Of a stretch of DNA of 64,000 nt, positions 56,283-64,000 are shown piece by piece (within the stretch, counting starts at the first letter, position 1; every line of letters begins with the position of its first letter). The DNA is from Candidatus Peregrinibacteria bacterium (GTDB lineage Bacteria > Patescibacteriota > Gracilibacteria > UBA1369 > UM-FILTER-53-11): positions 30,978-94,977 of the forward strand of contig JACPMA010000016.1 in NCBI GenBank assembly GCA_016186205.1, written 5' to 3'. The translations under genes were made by a program, and so were the position numbers. The notes below the pieces were generated by a model that saw only the letters and a list, made by a program, of their open reading frames with translations, had not been told where the DNA came from and did no database searches.

Positions 56283-56570
56283 ACTGTTGGTGCAGCGGAC
56301 CCTAGCACACACTCATGAAATTTTTCTAAACTTTTGATGACACAAAAATCCACCGCAATGGATTTTTGTGCTTCTAGTAAACAAAAACGCCATATCGGAA
56401 TTTAAGAAAAATTTCATTTTTGCTACACTCGTAAATTCCTCTATAAATACGCCCTAAAATGTTTCCAACATCAGTCAACCAAATTTCATAAATTAAATTT
56501 ACAGATCATTTCTCCTTAATCAGCTTCGTTGCCGGTTCCAAGAAAATAAGTTAAACTATAGGTGAACTTT

Positions 56571-56747
56571 TTATTCTTCTTGAGGTAAGAAATTCGCGAT
56601 TCGTCATCAAGCCCTTATAAAAAATCCCCTTTGATGAAAACTCCATTGGAAAATTGTACGTTCGAAGTTTTGATTTCGAGCTCAAGTCTTGCGCGCTAGA
56701 GCGCGCATTTCCAATGCGGTAAAAATCGCAAACGACCTCAAGGATAA
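56571..56747 (+). ncRNA. ssrS: Putative 6S RNA (or structured rny leader)
   Basis: ~175-nt rod: tcttgaggt/acctcaagg, gcgatt/aatcgc, a central bubble, and cattggaaa/tttccaatg. Promoter TTGCCG-17-TAAACT at 56529-56557; located upstream of rny. Confidence 0.45.
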
Positions 56748-56759
56748 CCCTGACTTTCT

Positions 56760-58283
56760 ATGACTACGAATATTATCCTTGTTATTGCTGGACTTGCACT
56801 AGGTACATTCAGCGGTTTTTTCTATCGAAAATATCAAGTTGATACCAAAAATCGCGAGGCGATTGACCGCAGTGAACGGCGCCTCAAAGAAGCAGAAACC
56901 AAAGCGAAAGAAATTTTGCTTGAAGCAAAAAACGCGTCTTTCAAAATTCAAGAAGAAGCGAAACAAGAAGAACGGGCCAAACGCAGCCAGCTCGAAAAAA
57001 TGAGCGAACGCGTCGCTGCAAAAGAAGACCAGCTCGAAAAGAAAATTGAAGCGACCGAAAAACTCCGCGATGAACTTGAGCAGCGCGCGACGCAGGTAAA
57101 ACAGCTCAAACAAGAAGTTGCGGAAATTCATCAACAGCAAAAACTCCAGCTTGAGCGTGTTGCGGGTTTGTCGCGCGAGGAAGCAAAACAAATCCTTTTC
57201 CAAAAAGTTGAGGAAGAATGCAAGGCGGAAATCGTTGAACGCGTGAAAAAGCTTGAAATAGAAGAAAAGAAAATCGCTAAAGAAAAAGCAAAGGCGATTA
57301 TTGCCGATGCGATTCAGCGATATGCCGCGGAAGTGGCAGTAGAATCAACCGCAACCATGGTGCCGCTTCCGAGCGACGATATGAAGGGCCGCATTATAGG
57401 AAAAGAAGGCCGTAATATTAATACATTTGAGCAAGTCACCGGCGTTGATGTTATTGTGGATGATACGCCGGGTTCCATTGTAATTTCCGGTTTTGATTTG
57501 ATGCGCCGCTACATTGCAAAAATAACTCTGGAAAAACTTGTGGCAGATGGTCGCATCCATCCGGGACGCATAGAGGAAATGTACGAAAAAGTGAAAGGCG
57601 AGGCGAATGAATTGATTCGTGAACTTGGAGAAAAAGCCGCATATGAAACCGGCGTAGTCGGACTGCCGGTAAATTTGCTCAAGCTCCTCGGCCGGCTTAA
57701 GTTCCGTACGAGTTACGGCCAAAATGTTTTGAAGCATTCCATTGAGGTTTCATTTTTAGCCGGCGCGCTTGCGCAGGAAATCGGCGCAGACAGCGGAATT
57801 TGCCGGAAAGCGGGGCTTCTTCACGACATCGGTAAAGCGGTTGATCACGAAATCACCGGCAATCATGCGATTATCGGCCGCGATATTTTGAAGAAATTCG
57901 CGATAGCGGATGAAATTATTCACGCGGTCGAAGCGCACCACGGCGATCCGGTTCCGCAGACTATTGAAGCGGCGATCGTCGAGGCTGCAAATATCATTTC
58001 ACGCTCGCGGCCAGGCGCAAATAAAGATAACCTTGATACTTTTATTAAGCGCATGGAAGAAATGGAAAATGTCGTGCGGAGTTTTGACGGGGTTTCCCGC
58101 GTGTTTGCCGTGCAAGCCGGGAACGAAGTGCGCGTGATTGTGAATCCTGAAAAAGTCGATGATCTCGCTATGCTCAAGCTTGCCCATGCAATCGCAAAAA
58201 AGATCCAAACAGATTTGAAGTATCCCGGACAAGTGAAGGTGAGCGTTCTGCGCGAGGTGAGGGGAGAAGCATTTGCACAATAG
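56760..58283 (+). CDS. rny: Ribonuclease Y
   Basis: N-terminal TM, coiled coil, KH domain KGRIIGKEGRNI, HD domain LLHDIGKA, and QAG.EVRV. Confidence 0.96.
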   Translation: MTTNIILVIAGLALGTFSGFFYRKYQVDTKNREAIDRSERRLKEAETKAKEILLEAKNASFKIQEEAKQEERAKRSQLEKMSERVAAKEDQLEKKIEATEKLRDELEQRATQVKQLKQEVAEIHQQQKLQLERVAGLSREEAKQILFQKVEEECKAEIVERVKKLEIEEKKIAKEKAKAIIADAIQRYAAEVAVESTATMVPLPSDDMKGRIIGKEGRNINTFEQVTGVDVIVDDTPGSIVISGFDLMRRYIAKITLEKLVADGRIHPGRIEEMYEKVKGEANELIRELGEKAAYETGVVGLPVNLLKLLGRLKFRTSYGQNVLKHSIEVSFLAGALAQEIGADSGICRKAGLLHDIGKAVDHEITGNHAIIGRDILKKFAIADEIIHAVEAHHGDPVPQTIEAAIVEAANIISRSRPGANKDNLDTFIKRMEEMENVVRSFDGVSRVFAVQAGNEVRVIVNPEKVDDLAMLKLAHAIAKKIQTDLKYPGQVKVSVLREVRGEAFAQ

Positions 58284-58321
58284 TGCAGGAATTTTGTCAA
58301 GTAATCTTTTTTGGCTTTAAC

Positions 58322-58374
58322 TTGACGCTTATTTTGAGATGGCTATACTAGCACTCGCTTATTGAAAGTGCTAA
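58322..58374 (+). promoter_or_regulatory. groESL promoter with CIRCE (HrcA operator)
   Basis: TTGACG-16-TATACT; cTAGCACTC-N9-aAGTGCTAA at 58348-58374. Confidence 0.85.
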
Positions 58375-58375
58375 C

Positions 58376-58430
58376 AGGCGCGAGTGAAGCGAGTGCCTAA
58401 GCAAATAACGCGCCCGAAGGGCGCAACCTT
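58376..58430 (+). repeat. Copy of the ~50-bp dispersed two-part repeat (other copies at 4092-4140, 32804-32848, 49178-49230)
   Basis: GCGAG(C/T)GAAGCGAG...TAAGCAA...CGCCCGAAGGGCG. Confidence 0.75.
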
Positions 58431-58463
58431 GTATCCTTAATATCCTTTAACTCTTTAATTTAT

Positions 58464-58805
58464 ATGGCAGACGCAAAAACTACTCTGGATAAAAAGTTTG
58501 AGGATTTCCTCAAAAAACTCCGTCCGATGGATGATCGGATTTTAATTGAACCTGTTGAAGAAGAGACAGCCACCACGTCTTTTGGCCTTGTTCTTCCGGA
58601 TACCGCCTCAAAAGAAAAGCCTCAAAAAGGTAGAGTTGTTGCCGTTGGTCCTGGCAAGTTTTCTGAAGATGGAAAGCGTATGGCCATGAGTGTGAAACCG
58701 GGCGATACGGTTCTTTATACAAAGTATGGTCCGACCGAAGTGAAGATCGAAGGTAAAGAGATTTTCTTCATTCAGGAATCCGACGTTTTGGCGGTCGTTG
58801 CTTAA
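58464..58805 (+). CDS. groES: Co-chaperonin GroES
   Basis: Motifs LRPMDDRIL, GLVLPDTASKEKPQ.G.VVAVGPG and ESDVLA. Confidence 0.96.
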   Translation: MADAKTTLDKKFEDFLKKLRPMDDRILIEPVEEETATTSFGLVLPDTASKEKPQKGRVVAVGPGKFSEDGKRMAMSVKPGDTVLYTKYGPTEVKIEGKEIFFIQESDVLAVVA

Positions 58806-58835
58806 TATCATATAACTTTTAACTTTCTTCATTAT

Positions 58836-59201
58836 ATGAGAGTAGAATTTCAAACTGCGGACCTCGCAAAGCATGTAGGCGGCGAAAAAAAAGGAGAAGC
58901 TGTTGATTTAAAACAAACTTCGGCATGGGTAATTCATTTTGCTGGGCTCCTTACAGCTCAACTAAGAGTTGCTTTAGGTCATCCTAAAGAGAGCGCTCCA
59001 GGATCGGTTTTGGTAACGGCTAGAAAAGAGCAGAGCACTGATGATGCTGCTACTGCTGGGGTTGTCCTTGAAATTGATGCGGAAACAAGCGGCACTCGTG
59101 AAACCGACTGGAAGTTTCAAACCGTTGATCCTCCACCGGCTCAATTAGTAAGTATACTTACCGAAAAATTCGGCGGGAGAATTTTGGACCAAGCCGCCTA
59201 A
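58836..59201 (+). CDS. Hypothetical protein between groES and groEL
   Basis: A 121-aa ORF fills the intergenic space on the same strand. Confidence 0.65.
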   Translation: MRVEFQTADLAKHVGGEKKGEAVDLKQTSAWVIHFAGLLTAQLRVALGHPKESAPGSVLVTARKEQSTDDAATAGVVLEIDAETSGTRETDWKFQTVDPPPAQLVSILTEKFGGRILDQAA

Positions 59202-59225
59202 CTATTACTACTATTACTACTTTAA

Positions 59226-60887
<1,662 letters not shown>

Positions 60888-60939
60888 CGCGAGTCCCGCC
60901 GCGGCGGACGAGCGCTTAATTCTTTAGCCACATAAAATT

Positions 60940-61152
60940 ATGCATGGACAAACACCGGCAGAAGAAGCAAATACTTTTGTTCGAGAATATCTCGATGAAT
61001 ATCAGCGACGTAATGGTACAGCAGAAGGCGCTCCTTCATTAGAGCTACATTTAGTGAGAGTACCTTCTCATCTGAGAGATGAAGTGGGTAAAAGTATCAG
61101 AGCAGCCCTTAGAACTAGACACACATGGGGTGATCCAGGTCTTTGCTACTAA
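60940..61152 (+). CDS. Small hypothetical protein
   Basis: 70-aa ORF with AT-rich upstream context; no recognisable motif. Confidence 0.4.
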   Translation: MHGQTPAEEANTFVREYLDEYQRRNGTAEGAPSLELHLVRVPSHLRDEVGKSIRAALRTRHTWGDPGLCY

Positions 61153-61232
61153 GCCGCCAAAATTTCTGTTCGCCTACGGCGCGGGTTCCGCCACAAGGCA
61201 CAATACGCATTTTGCGTCTCACTTATTGCTTC

Positions 61233-61460
61233 ATGGCAGGCATAGAAAAACACCATAGACCGAGGAAGGGCGACTCAGTAGGCTGGCATGTGCCATTTGG
61301 AGCAGGACATCAGTTTGGCGGACCGAATGCTTTTGGCAGAATAGATTCTATTGATAGAAAAGCCGGAACAGTTCATATCGGTTCTCTTGTTCAGCAAATT
61401 ACTGATTTACGTCGCAGTACTGGACAAACCGCAATGTGGGTTCTGAAAGATCCACAATAA
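61233..61460 (+). CDS. Small hypothetical protein (SH3/KOW-like beta pattern)
   Basis: RKGDSV.W...GRIDSID...TVHI. Confidence 0.45.
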   Translation: MAGIEKHHRPRKGDSVGWHVPFGAGHQFGGPNAFGRIDSIDRKAGTVHIGSLVQQITDLRRSTGQTAMWVLKDPQ

Positions 61461-61605
61461 TGTAAAAGCGCGTCAGGCTACGCAAAGCCGCTAGCTCATA
61501 TTTACAAACGCCAGACTTTTCAACGTACTCTGCGACAATCCGTTTTTTCAGCCAGTTAAAAAACTTGATTTTTACAGGTTGATATGCGAGCCTATACTCA
61601 TATTC

Positions 61606-62703
61606 ATGGAAAATATTGAAAAATTGGGTGACCGCGAACTATACGCAAAATGCCAACTTTATGGCAGTAATGCGCGTCAATGGGCGAAAAAGTTCGCCGC
61701 GCTTTTGCCGGAAGTCGATAAGCGGCAACTCTACAAAAAACACGGATTTTATTCCATTTTCGAATTTGCGGCAAAACTGGCGGGTATGGGACGCGAGACA
61801 GTCGTTGATATCTTATGGGTTGCTCGTAAATTGCAGGACAAACCTATTCTCAAGGCGCAAATGGAGGAGCAGGGATGGGCAAAATTAAGGGTGGTAGCAA
61901 ATGTAGCTACTATAGAAAATCAAAAAATTCTGGCGGAAAAAGTAAAAATTATGTCTAAGCCAACACTTGAAACTTTCATAAAAGAGTTAAGGCAACAAAA
62001 TCATGAGCTCGTCCAAAGTCGTCCTGGGACGGCGAAAAAACATGAAACCTTAGCGATTTCTCAAAATGCAATGAGTGGGGAGGTGCCTACCCCGCCGCGA
62101 ATTTCCGTGCGCATTCCGCTCAAGCCAAAAACAGAGCTTCGATTGCGCGAACTCCAGAAAAAACTTTCCAAAATGGCGCATGGGCCGGTTGATTTTAACG
62201 AAGTCTTGGAAACGCTTTTGGATACTTATGCCGCAGTCAAAACTGGTGCACTGGAGGCAAAAGAGGAGCAGGCACAGAGCCTGTCGCAACTCGAAGAAAT
62301 AGCTAAAGAAAAGGAACAAAGACTTCAGCAGTTCGAGGCACAGGCCAAAGAAAAGGTCTATAAACTCGCAAATTCGCCGCCATCGCGTCACATTCCCGCT
62401 GTTATCAAAAAATTCTTATCAGCAAAATTTAAAGGTCGATGCGCATACAAAGGCTGCATGAAATTGCCGAAAATTTTTCATCATACGCGTCGTTTTGCCC
62501 TCAACCAAAGCCATAATCCAGATTTTCTAATGCCGCTCTGCAAGGAGCATGAGCGCCTTGCGCACCTTGGCCTCATAGATAATGAAGAAAAAACGCCAGA
62601 CTTTTGGCGGACCCAAATTTTTCCAAATACAAATTCCCCAAAATATACGATTGATAAAATTGTAAACAGCTATCGCGGCGCGGTGTGCGCACTAGGTGGT
62701 TAA
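61606..62703 (+). CDS. HNH-like endonuclease domain protein (DUF222-like)
   Basis: C-terminal CAYKGC...FHH...N...LCKEHE...H; N-terminal YSIFEFA. Confidence 0.75.
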   Translation: MENIEKLGDRELYAKCQLYGSNARQWAKKFAALLPEVDKRQLYKKHGFYSIFEFAAKLAGMGRETVVDILWVARKLQDKPILKAQMEEQGWAKLRVVANVATIENQKILAEKVKIMSKPTLETFIKELRQQNHELVQSRPGTAKKHETLAISQNAMSGEVPTPPRISVRIPLKPKTELRLRELQKKLSKMAHGPVDFNEVLETLLDTYAAVKTGALEAKEEQAQSLSQLEEIAKEKEQRLQQFEAQAKEKVYKLANSPPSRHIPAVIKKFLSAKFKGRCAYKGCMKLPKIFHHTRRFALNQSHNPDFLMPLCKEHERLAHLGLIDNEEKTPDFWRTQIFPNTNSPKYTIDKIVNSYRGAVCALGG

Positions 62704-62781
62704 AGCCAAGGGTCTCGCCATACGACAGGCCTATAAGAATTTTCAGGCGAATGTTTTTCTGTTTTGGTATAATGGTTTTTG

Positions 62782-63126
62782 ATGCATGATATAAAAATTC
62801 CTAATTCTGGATCCGGAAGCGCTCCTAGCAAGAAATCTGATTTTGAGGTGACGCATGTGGGTGCCGCGGAAGCGAAATCCCAAGAACCGGGCGAAAGAGT
62901 GAAAGTGAAGTTTGAGAAATTTGTGCAGCTTGTGGCAACCCACGATTTTGAGGAGGTTATGAAGCGCCACGCGGAGGAGGATATTATTTTGAGTACCAAT
63001 TTGCTTACCGATTTAGCAAATGCACACGAAGAAGAACAGCCCGAGTCCGGAAAGAAGCTTCCGATCGTCCTTATTATAGGCATTATTATCGGGGTGGTGC
63101 TGACTTATCTAGTTATAAGATTTTAA
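62782..63126 (+). CDS. Hypothetical protein with C-terminal TM
   Basis: ORF with a hydrophobic C-terminus, abutting pyrH. Confidence 0.7.
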   Translation: MHDIKIPNSGSGSAPSKKSDFEVTHVGAAEAKSQEPGERVKVKFEKFVQLVATHDFEEVMKRHAEEDIILSTNLLTDLANAHEEEQPESGKKLPIVLIIGIIIGVVLTYLVIRF

Positions 63127-63840
63127 ATGACAAAACCGAAATATAAGCGAATCATGCTCAAGCTCTCCGGTGAAGTACTCCTCGGGCACCGCGGAAGCGG
63201 CATCGATCATAAAATTTTAGAAGGATTGTGCCGGGAGATTGTGGAGGTGAAAAAATTGGGAGCGCAGATCGTCATTGTTATCGGCGGCGGAAATATTTGG
63301 CGGTATCGCGATTTTAAAGAAACCGGCATAGAGCGCGTTACTTCCGACAATATCGGCATGCTGGCGACGATTATGAACGCTACTGCCATGCAGAGTATGT
63401 TTGAGAAACTCGGCGTTGATTGCAGAGTTGCGAGCGCGATTGATATTCCGCAAATTGCAGAGCCGTATCTTCGCCGGAAAGTTATTCGGCACCTCGAAAA
63501 AGGCCGCATTGTAATTTGTGCCGGAGGAACTGGAAGTCCCTTTTTCACAACTGATTCTGCAGCCGCGCTGCGTGCGCTTGAGACGAATTGCGATGTGCTT
63601 TTAAAGGCTACGAACGTGGAAGGCGTTTATAATAAAGATCCGGATAAATTTAAAAACGCAAAGAAATTCAGCGAGCTTACATACCACGAAGTGCTTGAAA
63701 TGGATCTTGAATTTATGGATCAGGCTGCGGTTTCGCTCTGCAAAGAAAGTTCCGTTCCGATTATGGTGTTTAATTTGAAAAAGCGCGGTAATATTAAGCG
63801 TGCCGTGCTCGGAGAAAAAACAGGAACCATCATCCACTAA
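63127..63840 (+). CDS. pyrH: UMP kinase
   Basis: Motifs LKLSGE, GGGNIWR, GMLAT.MN, PFFTTD and GVY..DP. Confidence 0.97.
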   Translation: MTKPKYKRIMLKLSGEVLLGHRGSGIDHKILEGLCREIVEVKKLGAQIVIVIGGGNIWRYRDFKETGIERVTSDNIGMLATIMNATAMQSMFEKLGVDCRVASAIDIPQIAEPYLRRKVIRHLEKGRIVICAGGTGSPFFTTDSAAALRALETNCDVLLKATNVEGVYNKDPDKFKNAKKFSELTYHEVLEMDLEFMDQAAVSLCKESSVPIMVFNLKKRGNIKRAVLGEKTGTIIH

Positions 63841-63857
63841 CCATTCACTACTGTCCT

Positions 63858-64000
63858 ATGCCAACAACTCAACAACATATCGATGCGGCCAATCAGGAAT
63901 TTCAAAAATCGCTCCAGCACCTTAAAAGCGAATTTTCCCGTCTTCAAATAGGACGCGCTTCGCCGGCGCTTGTGGAAGAGCTTAAAGTGGAGGCTTATGG
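63858..64000 (+). CDS. frr: Ribosome recycling factor (3'-truncated by the window edge)
   Basis: LQIGRASPALVE.LKVEAYG directly after pyrH. Confidence 0.92.
   Translation, partial: MPTTQQHIDAANQEFQKSLQHLKSEFSRLQIGRASPALVEELKVEAY

Overview
This is a bacterial chromosomal segment in standard genetic code 11. It is most likely from a Patescibacteria/CPR organism (Peregrinibacteria-like); this is inferred from the gene mix, AT-rich starts with few Shine-Dalgarno motifs, giant orphan proteins and an intron-containing tRNA-Asn. Housekeeping genes include punA, glnA, a DEAD-box helicase, gshA, ssb, gmk, deoB, murJ, thpR, rny, groES/groEL with a CIRCE box, pyrH and partial frr. A ~10.2 kb low-GC integrative element (21889-32100) sits in the 3' end of tRNA-Asn(GUU), which is itself split by a 239-nt group I intron. 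The element carries a large serine recombinase, a rolling-circle-type Rep, SpoVG, a Type III R-M system and a HipA-like kinase pair. The most unusual signals are: (1) an ECF sigma factor coupled to a membrane-anchored alpha-2-macroglobulin whose bait region contains a Hint (intein-like) domain; (2) a ~540-nt highly structured ORF-free RNA candidate at ~41.0-41.5 kb; (3) a 71-nt tRNA/tmRNA-like RNA with alanine identity elements, convergent with a promoter- and terminator-bounded sRNA that is complementary to its 5' end, loop and CCA end; (4) a family of short palindromic repeats inserted in-frame in genes; and (5) a DGR-type target protein with no visible reverse transcriptase. All calls come from reading motifs by eye; no searches were run.
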